From: an uncultured Planctomycetales bacterium
Lineage (GTDB): Bacteria > Omnitrophota > Gorgyraeia > Zapsychrales > Fredricksoniimonadaceae
Reading direction: 5' to 3'
Length of the DNA stretch: 63,064 bases
Assembly: GCA_964487685.1 (NCBI GenBank)
Contig: CAZASA010000003.1
Span: forward strand, 1 to 63,064
Each line of letters begins with the position of its first letter. Position 1 is the stretch's first letter. Below, piece by piece: positions 21,901 to 31,340 of this stretch. The position numbers were made by a program, and so were the translations under genes. Below the pieces are notes generated by a model, which saw only the letters and a program-made list of their open reading frames with translations, was not told the DNA's origin and did no database searches.

Positions 21901-23457
21901 TAATTGTTTGAAATATTCAAATAAAAGTTTTGGTCTATCGGAAAAAACGGCCAGCGGTGTGTCAGCACCCATGGAGCCCGTGGCTTCTTCTCCCATGGCC
22001 ATGGGTTTTAAGATAATTTTCAAGTCCTCGATCGTAATACCGAAAGCGCGCTGGCGCTCCAGCAAGGTCTTTTCATCCAGGCCCGGCACTTTTTTGGGTT
22101 CGGGAAGGGTGCGGATATCGACGATGTTCTCCCTCAGCCATTTTTCATAAGGATGGCGTTTGGCATAAGTCCCTTTGACCTCTCGGTCATCGATGATACG
22201 CCCTTCGGTCGTGTCCACCAGGAACATTTTCCCGGGCTGCAAACGGCCTTTGCTGACGATCTTCTCCACGGGAACAGGCAATACCCCTGCTTCTGAAGCC
22301 ATGATCACAATGTCATCATTCGTCACCAAAAAACGCGACGGACGCAACCCGTTGCGGTCAAGCAATGCTCCCACATAACGTCCGTCGGAAAATGCCATGG
22401 CCGCGGGGCCGTCCCAGGGTTCCATCAAACAGGAATGGTATTCATAAAAAGCGCGCTTGGAGCGTTCCATTTCCTGGTGATTGCTCCAGGCCTCGGGGAT
22501 CATCATCATCATCGCGTGCGGCAATGAACGGCCGCAAAGAACGAGCATCTCCAGCACATTATCAAAGGTCGCTGTGTCCGAACCGTTAGGCACGACAATA
22601 GGCAGTACTTTCTTTAAGTCATCACCAAAACCTTTAGAAACAAACTGCTTCTCCCGGGTTTGGATCCAATTGAGGTTGCCCCGCAAGGTATTGATCTCTC
22701 CATTATGCGCGATATAGCGGTAAGGATGGGCCAAAGACCAGCTGGGAAAAGTATTGGTGGAGTAACGCGAATGCACCAGGGCTATCGCTGAGACCATCGT
22801 TGGGTCGCTTAGGTCCGGGAAAAACCTGTCCACTTGCTCGCTCATCAGCTGGCCCTTGTAAACAAGGGTGTGGCTATTGAGTGAACAAAAATAATAAAAA
22901 TTCTTTTGCGGCAAGGTGGAATTATAGACCTTCTTCCACAAGCGCTTGCGGATCACATAAAGTTTACGGTTAAAATCTTCCTGGGAAGTTTTAGCACCTC
23001 GGGCAATAAAAAGCTGTTTGAATGCCGGCATCACCGAACGGGCGACCTGGCCGATACTGCCCGGCTCATGGGGAACTGAACGCCAGCCGATCAATTTCTG
23101 GCCTTCTTCATGGATGATATGTTCGGTCCACTCTTCAATGATGTTGCGGTCATCGAGCGAGGTCGGCAAGAACACGAGCCCGGCACCATAATCACCGAAT
23201 GAAGGCAGCTCCAAATGGATCCTGGCCAATTCCTTGCGGAAAAAAGCATCCGGCATCTGGATCAGGATCCCGGCACCATCTCCGGTCAAAGGATCACAAC
23301 CGCATGCGCCGCGATGGGCCAAATTCTCCAGGATCTGGATCCCATGGCGGACCATATCATGGGATTTTTGTCCTTTGATATGCGCAATGAACCCAACACC
23401 GCAGGAATCATGCTCAAATTGAGGATCGTATAAACCTTGTTTTAAAGGAAGACTCAT
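18925..23457 (-). CDS. gltB: Glutamate synthase large subunit
   Basis: EHDSCGVGF, HSRYSTNTFPSW, KMAQGAKPGEGGQLPG, CHLNTCSVGVATQ, GXGXG C-terminal domain; 1510 aa. Confidence 0.98.
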   Translation of the reverse strand: MSLPLKQGLYDPQFEHDSCGVGFIAHIKGQKSHDMVRHGIQILENLAHRGACGCDPLTGDGAGILIQMPDAFFRKELARIHLELPSFGDYGAGLVFLPTSLDDRNIIEEWTEHIIHEEGQKLIGWRSVPHEPGSIGQVARSVMPAFKQLFIARGAKTSQEDFNRKLYVIRKRLWKKVYNSTLPQKNFYYFCSLNSHTLVYKGQLMSEQVDRFFPDLSDPTMVSAIALVHSRYSTNTFPSWSLAHPYRYIAHNGEINTLRGNLNWIQTREKQFVSKGFGDDLKKVLPIVVPNGSDTATFDNVLEMLVLCGRSLPHAMMMMIPEAWSNHQEMERSKRAFYEYHSCLMEPWDGPAAMAFSDGRYVGALLDRNGLRPSRFLVTNDDIVIMASEAGVLPVPVEKIVSKGRLQPGKMFLVDTTEGRIIDDREVKGTYAKRHPYEKWLRENIVDIRTLPEPKKVPGLDEKTLLERQRAFGITIEDLKIILKPMAMGEEATGSMGADTPLAVFSDRPKLLFEYFKQLFAQVTNPPIDAIREEIIMGEDMMLGAESNLLEEGPQHCHRLWIQHPVLTNEELAKISRVNQGSLKALKLPMVFDKKEGSEAIEKAFDSLCAAADKAIKEGISILILSDRDISSKKVPIPSLLACAGLHHHLIRQGTRLKVSLVVECGDARELHHFAVLIGYGANAVNPYLAFETIEAMLKDTKFELTMDFKDAEKNFLKACHKGLYKIISKMGISTIQSYCGAQIFEAVGLGQELIDKYFTATPSRIGGIDIATVVQEAMMRHEKGYPRWPSNDGMLDEGGEYAWRKEAEYHQLNPTTIALLQHATRSGNFQVFKQFSKAVNDHSRQLANIRGLIKFKDKTPIPLEEVEPASSIVKRFATGAMSYGSISREAHETLAIAMNRLGGFSNTGEGGEDAVRFKKDPNGDWRRSRIKQVAQGRFGVTIEYLVNADQLQIKMAQGAKPGEGGQLPGHKVSKEIAYTRHTTPGVQLISPPPHHDIYSIEDLAQLIHDLKNSNPQAMVSVKLVSEVGVGTVAAGVSKGKADHVLISGFEGGTGASPQTSIKHAGLPMELGIAETQQVLVMNDLRGRIRVQTDGQLKTGRDVVIAAMLGADEFGFSTTALITMGCIMLRKCHLNTCSVGVATQDPELRKKFDGKPEYVVNFFTFIAEEVREIMASMGVRKFEDMVGRVDMLDTRDTVDHWKAKGVDLTKILHRPDVPKGVSIRHSTTQDHGLDKALDNALIAQSQEAIDHGTPVTIEANIRNINRTVGTMLSSQIARKYALAGLPDDTIQIKFKGSAGQSFGAFLAHGVSLTLEGEANDYVGKGLSGGRIVIYPPKGALFVPEENMIAGNVVLYGAILGEAYFRGLVGERFAVRNSGASTVVEGVGDHGCEYMTGGRVVVIGPIGRNFAAGMSGGIAYVWDREGLSHKNCNTGMVDLFPVKDPKDIAELKGLIEKHLKYTQSTVAKGILDDWSKTLGQFIKVYPRDYRRVIEEAEAIKNTDNVHSGHIG

Positions 23458-23542
23458 ATTTTTCCCCTATTTCATCAGGGTCATATCTTGTTGGTTAGAA
23501 AAGGGTTATTTTATTATCATTCGTCGTAAAATGCAATTTAAA

Positions 23543-24679
23543 TTACGGTGAATGCAGGTAAAGGGCTGACGCCAAAATATCCCTGTAGGTCATAAGCCCC
23601 CGGATGAACACCAATCCGCCCAGCATGATCGATACATTCAAACAGACCCATAGGTTCGATCGGCTCCACCGGCGCAAATCAATGCTGGCTAACGCAAACA
23701 TCAGGATGTCGACAGGCGCTAAATAGATCAAATAACGGCTAAAGAAACCTTGCTTGGAATGCAGCGTAAAGATATCTATAAATAATATAGAGAAACCGCT
23801 TGTTAAGAATATCAAGAACACCGGCAAAAAAAACATATTCGAGGGGGTCTTCTTGTGCTTTTCAGGCAATACCCATGCGGTCAATGCGTAAATGACATAG
23901 ATGAACAATCTTTCCGGCATGATCACATCAAAGAAATTCGAGGAAAACATATAGGTCCTGATCCGGGAAGTATCATCGAAATGATAGTAGAACAAAACAA
24001 TGCTCATGGGGACGAGCCAAAGCAGCGCCAGGTGCTTTAGCCCCGCCCTGTCCTTGATCCAGACGAACAAGGTCACCATGGTGATCTGGAACATGGCCGT
24101 AGGTGATGTCAACGCCAGTAATAGATGGGTGGTGATAAGGCTTCCTGCGGTTTTCAATTTAGGGGCCATGTACAGGCACGAGAGGAGCAATAATTGGACA
24201 GTGGTCAATAAAAACCATAATGAATAAGGACGCGCTTCGACCCAGTACATCCAGACCATCGGTGTGACCAAGGCAACGCTCAAAGCGAATAATGCCGCAA
24301 AAAAAGAATAAAAGCGCGTAAAAAAATAAAAGATAACTGTTAACGCAAGGGACATATAAATATTAGACGGGATACGCAAGATGACCTGGGAAGGGATGTC
24401 CCTGGTCCTGTTCAAGGAGTCAGCATAAACGGCAGGCATATGATATGAAAAAGCATCACAGGCCGTTTTTTGAATAATATAAAAAAGCGGGTTTTTATTG
24501 CCGTCCGGGAATTTCAGAGACAGGATGCCCGCGTAAGAATCCGCATCAATGGCCGTATGCTGGGTATAAAGTTCGTCGAGCCAGAGCACCTTGTGCTGGC
24601 TCAAAGAGAACCCGCAGGTCATCAAGAGGATAAAAACCCCGGCAGATATATATAAACTTTTCAAATGGTCAAAACGCAT
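23543..24679 (-). CDS. Polytopic membrane protein, GT-C/PMT-like glycosyltransferase candidate
   Basis: WLDELY motif after the first TM, EARPYSLW, many TMs. Confidence 0.65.
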   Translation of the reverse strand: MRFDHLKSLYISAGVFILLMTCGFSLSQHKVLWLDELYTQHTAIDADSYAGILSLKFPDGNKNPLFYIIQKTACDAFSYHMPAVYADSLNRTRDIPSQVILRIPSNIYMSLALTVIFYFFTRFYSFFAALFALSVALVTPMVWMYWVEARPYSLWFLLTTVQLLLLSCLYMAPKLKTAGSLITTHLLLALTSPTAMFQITMVTLFVWIKDRAGLKHLALLWLVPMSIVLFYYHFDDTSRIRTYMFSSNFFDVIMPERLFIYVIYALTAWVLPEKHKKTPSNMFFLPVFLIFLTSGFSILFIDIFTLHSKQGFFSRYLIYLAPVDILMFALASIDLRRWSRSNLWVCLNVSIMLGGLVFIRGLMTYRDILASALYLHSP

Positions 24680-25346
24680 AGACCTCCGGGTGCATCTTGC
24701 CGATCATGGCTTGGAGCTTTTGCCTGTCCTGCACATGCCTTAATATTTGATCGAGGATAAAGGAAGTCTTGTACATCAACCCCAAATGCCTTGCCCCGTC
24801 CGTCACGATCTGGCTCTCATTTGAACCTAGTAAAGGCAAATAGATCCAGGATGATGTGAGCATTCTTTTAAAACTGGCCTTGGGTTCGACTAGCATGGCT
24901 TGGCGCAGCAAAACATCCGCTTGCTCATAGCGGGACTCGTCCATGTAGATCACGGCCAGATCATAATAATTCCAGAAATAATCCGGATAAAATCCGATAC
25001 CTTTCTTTAAGTACTCGATCGCTTTGGGATCGTCTTTTAAATAATGATAAAGATAACCCAGTAAGCCATACGCATCCCTCATTCCGGGGAATACCCGAAG
25101 CAAATGTTCGTAATAATCCGCAAAATACCTGATCCTGTTGGTATCCAGGGAAGCTCGATGGAAATTCAAGTCGCTGATATAATTGATCGGGTCAGGCCTA
25201 AGATTATTGATCGCCGTCATATCCGCCACGACAAAGGTCTGGCTGACATTCTGGGCAGCCCGGTAAAATATTACTAACAAAAATAGTGCCAGGATGATGT
25301 TGGCAGCGGGGAATAAGGTTTTTTTAAGGGCCTTGGTGACGGGCAT
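24669..25346 (-). CDS. Membrane-anchored TPR protein
   Basis: Start re-called at MPVTK; one TM, then DAYGLLGYLY...WNYYDLAVIY TPR-like helices. Confidence 0.7.
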   Translation of the reverse strand: MPVTKALKKTLFPAANIILALFLLVIFYRAAQNVSQTFVVADMTAINNLRPDPINYISDLNFHRASLDTNRIRYFADYYEHLLRVFPGMRDAYGLLGYLYHYLKDDPKAIEYLKKGIGFYPDYFWNYYDLAVIYMDESRYEQADVLLRQAMLVEPKASFKRMLTSSWIYLPLLGSNESQIVTDGARHLGLMYKTSFILDQILRHVQDRQKLQAMIGKMHPEVYAF

Positions 25347-25350
25347 CTTG

Positions 25351-26052
25351 TCAGCTCTCCGGTCTTGCGAAAAACCGGTATTTAATGATAGGCCAAAACA
25401 TTTCAACGGCAGTTGTCCATTTGATCTTTTTACCGGCCTGATAGGACCTCGCCGTGTAATCGATCGCGACTTCCTTGATAGAGTAACCCCGGGCAAGGAG
25501 CTTGACTGTAAATTCCGTCTCAAAGGCAAAGTTCCGGGAACGGATGGTCAGTCCTTCCAAAGCCCGTCGGGGAAAAACCTTAAAACCCGTATTGATATCG
25601 GTCAGCTTAACACCATACAGCAGCCTGAATACCGCATTAGAGATCCCATTGGCCCACCGGTTGACCGGCTCCATCCCTTTGATCTGCCCTAAAAAACGTG
25701 AACCATAAACCACTTGCGCGGCGCCATCCAAAATAGGCGCTAACAGTTTCCCGTATTCATCAGGGTCATATTCCAGGTCCGCGTCCTGGATCAGCAAAAG
25801 ATCGCCCGTCGCATTCTTGAAACCTGTCAATACAGCCGCGGTCTTGCCCTGATTGCTTTGATGGACAATGACCAGATCTTCCTGCTGCCTTAATTGATTT
25901 AAAATATCAGCTGTCCCGTCCCTGGAACCGTCATTGACGATCACGATCTCTTTTAGGAGCCCTCCGGGCAAGGGCACGGCCCTGACCTTCTCAACGATCT
26001 GGGCAATGGTCGATTCTTCATTAAAGGCAGGGATAACAACGGATAATTTCAT
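25351..26052 (-). CDS. GT2 glycosyltransferase (DPM-synthase/ArnC-like)
   Basis: VVIPAFNE, VNDGSRDGT, QDADLEYDP, YGSRF. Confidence 0.92.
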   Translation of the reverse strand: MKLSVVIPAFNEESTIAQIVEKVRAVPLPGGLLKEIVIVNDGSRDGTADILNQLRQQEDLVIVHQSNQGKTAAVLTGFKNATGDLLLIQDADLEYDPDEYGKLLAPILDGAAQVVYGSRFLGQIKGMEPVNRWANGISNAVFRLLYGVKLTDINTGFKVFPRRALEGLTIRSRNFAFETEFTVKLLARGYSIKEVAIDYTARSYQAGKKIKWTTAVEMFWPIIKYRFFARPES

Positions 26053-27653
26053 TCTCTATACCTATTAGTGATAGGCAGCCGCCAATCCTTGCCGAAAGCG
26101 CAGGGGGTGATCTTAACCCCGGGCGGGGCCTGACGTCTTTTATACTCATTCATGTCCACCAGTCGAATGGTCCTCAACACCAGCTTGGCATCCATTCCCG
26201 ACGCAATGATATCCTGAGGCGAGGCATGACCCTCAATGTACGCCTTTAATACCTTGTCCAGGTTTTCGTAAGCCCCCAAGGTCTCTTCATCAGTTTGGTC
26301 CAGTCTTAGCTCCGCTGACGGCGCCCTGAGTAAAATACTTTTAGGTATGACAGCAACCCGGCTAATGCTGTTTCGATAACGGGCCAATTCATACACCTTG
26401 GTCTTAAAAACATCCTTGATAACGGCAAAGCCTCCGGACATGTCCCCATAAAGCGTGCAATAGCCTACAGCCATTTCACTTTTATTGCCGGTCGTCAGGA
26501 TCAGTCCTCCGAATTTATTGGCCATGGCCATTAAAATATTGCCCCTGATGCGCGCCTGGATATTCTCCTCGGCGGTGTCCGCCGGAAGACCTGCAAAATA
26601 ACGCGCCATCGTCTTTAAGTAGGCGGCAAAGATCCCTTTAATGGGGATCTCTTTTAATTCCATCTTTAAATTCCGGGCCAGCACCCTCGCATCCAGACGG
26701 GTGGCTTTGCTGTTAAAACGACTGGGCATCGAGATCGCGGTGACATTTTCAGCCCCGAATGCATCACAGGCAATGCAGGCAACCAGGGCGGAGTCCACTC
26801 CTCCGCTTAAGCCCAACGCCACTTTTTTAAAACCATTTTTCAGGGCATAATCACGGGTCCCCAGGACCAGGCCTTTATAGACCTCCTCACTGCTTTCCAT
26901 GATCGGGGCGACCGGGTTGTCCTTTCGGGCCAGGTCCACTTGCAGGAGCGTTTCATCAAACTGCGTGGCCCGCGCCATTACGTTTCCATCCGGTGCTATC
27001 ACCATGCTCCCCCCGTCGAAAACCAGCTCGTCCTGGCCTCCGATCGTATTGACATAGACCAAATGCGTTTTTGTTTCCTTGGCACGGCGCACCAATAATT
27101 CCTGGCGTTCCTTGATCTTTCCCATCTGATACGGCGATGACGAAATATTGATCAAAATCAAGGCCCCTGCTTTTGCCTGTGCCTGATACACCGACCCTTC
27201 GATCCAAATATCCTCACAGATACTGATACCGATCTTGACACCGTTGACCGTCGATAATCCCGGATTTTGGCCCAAAGAAAAATACCGTTTCTCATCGAAA
27301 ACGCCGTAGTTGGGCAATTCATGCTTATAGTAAACTTCCTGCAGCTTACCATCAACGATCAGGGCTGCCGCGTTATAGATCTTCCCCGTGGAATCACTGT
27401 CCACAAAACCCGCAATGACACTTATTCCCCGCGCCTTCTTGACCAGCGCATCTAAAGCCTTGATATTATCCGCCACGAAATGCTTCTTTAAAAGCAGGTC
27501 TTCCGGCGGATATCCGCAAACGGCCAATTCCGGGAACACCACGAGCTGGGCCCCCGCCTTTTGGGCCTGCGCCGTATACTCCAGGATCTTGCGCGTATTG
27601 CCCGCCAAGTCTCCTACGGTCGGATTAATTTGGGCTAAAGATATTTTCAACAT
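26049..27653 (-). CDS. nadE: Glutamine-dependent NAD+ synthetase
   Basis: Nitrilase domain (FPEL, YYKHELPNYGVFDEKRYF, ICEDIW) plus SGGVDS, ENIQARIRG, TGNKSE. Confidence 0.96.
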   Translation of the reverse strand: MLKISLAQINPTVGDLAGNTRKILEYTAQAQKAGAQLVVFPELAVCGYPPEDLLLKKHFVADNIKALDALVKKARGISVIAGFVDSDSTGKIYNAAALIVDGKLQEVYYKHELPNYGVFDEKRYFSLGQNPGLSTVNGVKIGISICEDIWIEGSVYQAQAKAGALILINISSSPYQMGKIKERQELLVRRAKETKTHLVYVNTIGGQDELVFDGGSMVIAPDGNVMARATQFDETLLQVDLARKDNPVAPIMESSEEVYKGLVLGTRDYALKNGFKKVALGLSGGVDSALVACIACDAFGAENVTAISMPSRFNSKATRLDARVLARNLKMELKEIPIKGIFAAYLKTMARYFAGLPADTAEENIQARIRGNILMAMANKFGGLILTTGNKSEMAVGYCTLYGDMSGGFAVIKDVFKTKVYELARYRNSISRVAVIPKSILLRAPSAELRLDQTDEETLGAYENLDKVLKAYIEGHASPQDIIASGMDAKLVLRTIRLVDMNEYKRRQAPPGVKITPCAFGKDWRLPITNRYRE

Positions 27654-27672
27654 TTATAATTATCCACTAGAG

Positions 27673-27815
27673 GGCTGGTACCGATATGTTTTTTCTGCGT
27701 AAAAAAATCTGACAACGTTGACTTTTGGGGATCTTTACGCATTACCTCTACTTAGGGCTCAACCATACCCACCAGAACGTCAGATTTTAGCAGAAAATAT
27801 ATATCGGTATCAGCC
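27673..27815. repeat. ~143-bp element with ~40-bp imperfect terminal inverted repeats
   Basis: GGCTGGTACCGATATG..TTTTCTGC..AAAATCTGAC (27673-27713) versus GTCAGATTTT..GCAGAAAA..ATATCGGTATCAGCC (27779-27815). Confidence 0.75.
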
Positions 27816-28523
27816 AAAATGGCTGCCATTAATAATTCCCAAAAAATTCTGGTATATTCTTTGGGCCTGCGCATCAAACGACTTTTTATACTTCCAATAA
27901 TCCTCCATCATCGATTGCGCGTGGTCCAAGCGTCCCGGTAGATCATTGGCAATATATTCATCACACCATTCCTTGATACTTTTGTCCGTGATCTCGACGT
28001 GAAATTGTAATCCATACGCATTATCGCCCACCTTTAAGGCCTGATGAGGACAGCCCGGGGCCTTGGCCAGCAATTTTCCGTTTGAAGGCACATTGAACAT
28101 GTCCCCATGCCAATGATATATCGGGTCTTGCGGTCGAAAGCCGTCAAAAAATGGATCTTGTTTTCCCTCAGCCGTAAGTTCGATCTCATACCAGCCGATC
28201 TCTTTGACCGGCGATTTGACGACCTTGGCGCCCGCTGCCTTGGCCAAAAGCTGTGAACCTAAGCATATTCCCAAGAAAGAAATGTTCTTTTTTAAAACCC
28301 CCTGGATAAAGTCATTTTCCGGTTTCAAAAAAGGATATTTATCCTCTTCGTCGACATTCATGGGGCCGCCCAAAACAACCACGGCCTTGAACTTCCCCGG
28401 ATCCGCGGGTAAAGGCTCCCCTGCGCCTAATTCGATGATCTTAAACGCCTCTCCCCTGGACTTTAAGAAATCCCCCAAGGTCCCGGGCCCTTCAATATCG
28501 ATATGTTTAACGATCAAAATCAT
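27810..28523 (-). CDS. Stand-alone class I glutamine amidotransferase
   Basis: VLGGPM, FLGICLGSQLL, HWHGD, GLQFHVE. Confidence 0.9.
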   Translation of the reverse strand: MILIVKHIDIEGPGTLGDFLKSRGEAFKIIELGAGEPLPADPGKFKAVVVLGGPMNVDEEDKYPFLKPENDFIQGVLKKNISFLGICLGSQLLAKAAGAKVVKSPVKEIGWYEIELTAEGKQDPFFDGFRPQDPIYHWHGDMFNVPSNGKLLAKAPGCPHQALKVGDNAYGLQFHVEITDKSIKEWCDEYIANDLPGRLDHAQSMMEDYWKYKKSFDAQAQRIYQNFLGIINGSHFG

Positions 28524-28548
28524 AGAGCGATTATACTATAAAAATGAT

Positions 28549-28574
28549 AAGGGGACACTTTAAAGTGTCCCCTT
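28549..28574. repeat. Perfect 26-bp palindrome AAGGGGACACTTTAAAGTGTCCCCTT
   Basis: Self-reverse-complementary; just 3' of glnA, possibly terminator-like. Confidence 0.8.
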
Positions 28575-28584
28575 TTATATAACC

Positions 28585-28634
28585 ACCATAACACCCGGTG
28601 TTAGGATCCTTCCTAACACCGGGTGTTGGGAAGG
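28585..28634. repeat. Second doublet of the CCTTCCTAACACCGGGTGTT palindrome family
   Basis: 17-bp inverted repeat 28590-28606/28611-28627; full unit at 28608-28634. Confidence 0.88.
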
Positions 28635-28637
28635 TTC

Positions 28638-30782
28638 TTACGCGTTCATCAATAACATTTCCGCATAACTCGGCAGTGGCCATATATTGGCCGGAACCAA
28701 CCCTTCGAGCTGGTCAATGGATTCACGCAGTTTACCCATGGCGCTGATGATCTTCGCTGCGTCATGTTTGGCTAACGCCGCATCCAAGGTATCCGAATTG
28801 CTCAAGGACAGCTCGATCAAGCCGGAGAGCCCCTTTAGCAATTTCTTTTGGCCGGTGGTCTTTCCAGCAGTGCCGACGGACTTAATGGTGTCCGCTAACT
28901 GTTTCTGGTATTCCATGGCCGCCGGGATCAGCATGGTGCGGGCGATCGTTGAGGCGCAATCGCCTTCCAGGACCTGCACTGTTTTATAAGCATGTTCGTT
29001 GATCTCAAAACGGGAAGCTATTTCTATTTCACTTAAAACACCATGCTTGACCAAGACCTGGACATTCTTCTTGGCCTTGATGGCTTCCAGGGCTTCGGGG
29101 GTAGCCTTCAAATTAGGCAGCCCGCGCTTTTTGGCTTCGATCTGCCACTCAGGGATATAATTATCCCCGTTATAAACCACCCGTTTATGTTTCTTGATGA
29201 TCTCTTGGAGGACTTTCTGCAGGCTGGAATTAAAATCTTTGCCCGCTTTCTTATCCGCTTCCAATTGATCACAGATATTTGAAACAGCCTCAGCCACGAT
29301 CGTGTTGAGGATCATGTTAGCGGCCGAAGGATTCTGGTTGGAGCCTACCGCGCGGAATTCAAACTTGGCACCGGTAAAAGCAAACGGTGAAGTTCGGTTA
29401 CGGTCAGTCGTGTCCTTGGCCAGGGACGGAAGGGAATCAACGCCCACATGAATGGAGCTTCCTTCCTTGGATGACTTGGCCCCGCCTTTTTCGATCTGCT
29501 CGATAATATCGGTAAGCTGATCGCCCAAAAAGATGGACACGATCGCCGGAGGCGCTTCATTGGCTCCCAGACGATGATCGTTACCCGCTGAGGCGACGCC
29601 TACGCGTAAAAGATCCGCATAAGTATCAACAGCCTTGATGACCGCGCATAGCAAGGTCAAAAACTTGGCATTTTCATGCGGGGTCTTTCCCGGATAAAGC
29701 CAGTTCTTACCGTCAGGACCTACTACCGACCAGTTATTGTGCTTGCCTGAACCGTTGATGCCCGCAAAAGGTTTCTCATGTAATAAACAGGCCAGCCCAT
29801 GCTTGTCAGCGATCTGACGCATAAGCTCCATGGCCATCATATTATGATCTACCGCCGTATTAAGATCTTCGTAGATCGGAGCGATCTCATATTGCGCCGG
29901 AGCAACTTCATTATGCCGGGTCTTGGAAGGCATGCCCAAACCCCATAAGGTCCGGTCCAAGTCTTCCATAAAGCCCATGATGCGGGGCTTAATGGCGCCG
30001 AAATAATGATCTTCCTGTTGCTGGTGCTTGGCCGGTTTTAGTCCGAACAAGGTGCGTCCGGTTTCAACCAAGTCTAAACGTGCCTGATAATGGGCCTTGT
30101 CGATGAGGAAATATTCCTGCTCCGGTCCGAGTGTGCAGTAAGCGCGTTTACCTTTGGTATCAATGCCGAAAAGTCCGGCCAAACGGCAGATCTGCTTGCT
30201 TAAAGCCACCATGGAACGTAATAATGGTGTCTTTTTGTCCAAAGCTTCACCGTGATATCCAATATAAAATGTCGGTATGCATAAGGTGGTAGCCCCTGGG
30301 CCTTCTTTGATAAAAGCCGGAGATGTCGGGTCCCATCCAGTGTAACCACGGGCTTCGAAAGTCGCACGCAATCCGCCTGACGGGAATGAAGAAGCATCCG
30401 GTTCTCCTTGGATCAATTCCTTACCGGAAAAATTCAATGTAACCCCGCCTGCATTGTCCCAAGCAATGAAAGAATCATGTTTTTCCGCCGTCACACCCGT
30501 CAATGGTTGAAACCAATGTGTAAAATGTGTCGCTCCTTTGGAAATGGCCCATTTTTTCATGGCTTCGGCCACTTCATCGGCAATGGAAGCATCCAGTTTG
30601 CCGCCCTCTTTAATGGTTTTTTCGATAGAAACATATGCTTTTGGAGAAAGCATTTCTTTCATGACCTTAAGGCTAAATACATTTTCTCCGAAATGTTCAG
30701 GCAAATGTTCACTGAAAGAACCATTGCAGCAGCTCTCTTCAGAACAAGCCGCCTGAATGACTTCTTCGCGAGCTTGACTCAT
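28638..30782 (-). CDS. glnA: Glutamine synthetase type III
   Basis: [71 protein letters not shown]; 714 aa. Confidence 0.96.
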   Translation of the reverse strand: MSQAREEVIQAACSEESCCNGSFSEHLPEHFGENVFSLKVMKEMLSPKAYVSIEKTIKEGGKLDASIADEVAEAMKKWAISKGATHFTHWFQPLTGVTAEKHDSFIAWDNAGGVTLNFSGKELIQGEPDASSFPSGGLRATFEARGYTGWDPTSPAFIKEGPGATTLCIPTFYIGYHGEALDKKTPLLRSMVALSKQICRLAGLFGIDTKGKRAYCTLGPEQEYFLIDKAHYQARLDLVETGRTLFGLKPAKHQQQEDHYFGAIKPRIMGFMEDLDRTLWGLGMPSKTRHNEVAPAQYEIAPIYEDLNTAVDHNMMAMELMRQIADKHGLACLLHEKPFAGINGSGKHNNWSVVGPDGKNWLYPGKTPHENAKFLTLLCAVIKAVDTYADLLRVGVASAGNDHRLGANEAPPAIVSIFLGDQLTDIIEQIEKGGAKSSKEGSSIHVGVDSLPSLAKDTTDRNRTSPFAFTGAKFEFRAVGSNQNPSAANMILNTIVAEAVSNICDQLEADKKAGKDFNSSLQKVLQEIIKKHKRVVYNGDNYIPEWQIEAKKRGLPNLKATPEALEAIKAKKNVQVLVKHGVLSEIEIASRFEINEHAYKTVQVLEGDCASTIARTMLIPAAMEYQKQLADTIKSVGTAGKTTGQKKLLKGLSGLIELSLSNSDTLDAALAKHDAAKIISAMGKLRESIDQLEGLVPANIWPLPSYAEMLLMNA

Positions 30783-30839
30783 AAAAACCCCCTTCTGGTT
30801 TTCTAAATGGACTTGCTGTCCCCTAATAAATAATGATGA

Positions 30840-30889
30840 ATATTATCTTCTAAGCTTAGCATTGTCAAGATTTTTTGTGCGTGCACAAA
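30840..30889 (-). promoter_or_regulatory. glnA promoter with an adjacent 16-bp palindrome
   Basis: TTGACA (30868-30863), 17 nt, TAATAT (30845-30840); TTTGTGC-N2-GCACAAA at 30874-30889. Confidence 0.65.
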
Positions 30890-30901
30890 TGAAATTTTGG
30901 A

Positions 30902-30960
30902 AAGAATGGGGCACAGGCCTCCCGCCGGCTGACCGACAGGGCTTCCTGTGCCCCATTCTT
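30902..30960. repeat. 16-bp perfect inverted repeat with a 27-nt loop, probable glnK terminator or REP
   Basis: AAGAATGGGGCACAGG / CCTGTGCCCCATTCTT; on the minus strand it is followed by TTTCC. Confidence 0.75.
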
Positions 30961-30970
30961 AAAACAACCA

Positions 30971-31312
30971 TCAGCCGATGGCTTTGGATCCTTCTTCACC
31001 GGTGCGAATGCGTATACATCTTGGCAGATCTACAACAAAGATCTTGCCGTCACCGATCTTACCGGTACGGGCCCCTTTGATGATGGCCTTGATGGTCGGT
31101 TCAACGAAATCCTCGTTGACCGCGATCTCCAATCGTACCTTGCGCAGTAAATTACCCGTTTCCTTGACGCCGCGGTAAAACTCGTCAACACCCACCTGAC
31201 GGCCATGGCCGAGTACTTCGGATACTGTGATCAAATTCACATTCACCGCATAGAGCTCCTGCTTAACATCTTCGAGCTTGTAGGGTTGAATTATGGCAAT
31301 GACTACTTTCAT
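30971..31312 (-). CDS. glnK: P-II nitrogen regulatory protein
   Basis: [13 protein letters not shown]-loop [22 protein letters not shown]; follows amtB. Confidence 0.95.
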   Translation of the reverse strand: MKVVIAIIQPYKLEDVKQELYAVNVNLITVSEVLGHGRQVGVDEFYRGVKETGNLLRKVRLEIAVNEDFVEPTIKAIIKGARTGKIGDGKIFVVDLPRCIRIRTGEEGSKAIG

Positions 31313-31340
31313 GTAAGAAACCTCCTTGTGTCAGATTATA

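Noticed and set aside
30809-30821. GGAC-AGCAA-GUCC hairpin in the glnA leader as an ANTAR site
   Set aside because: 5-nt loop without G4, no partner hairpin, no terminator.
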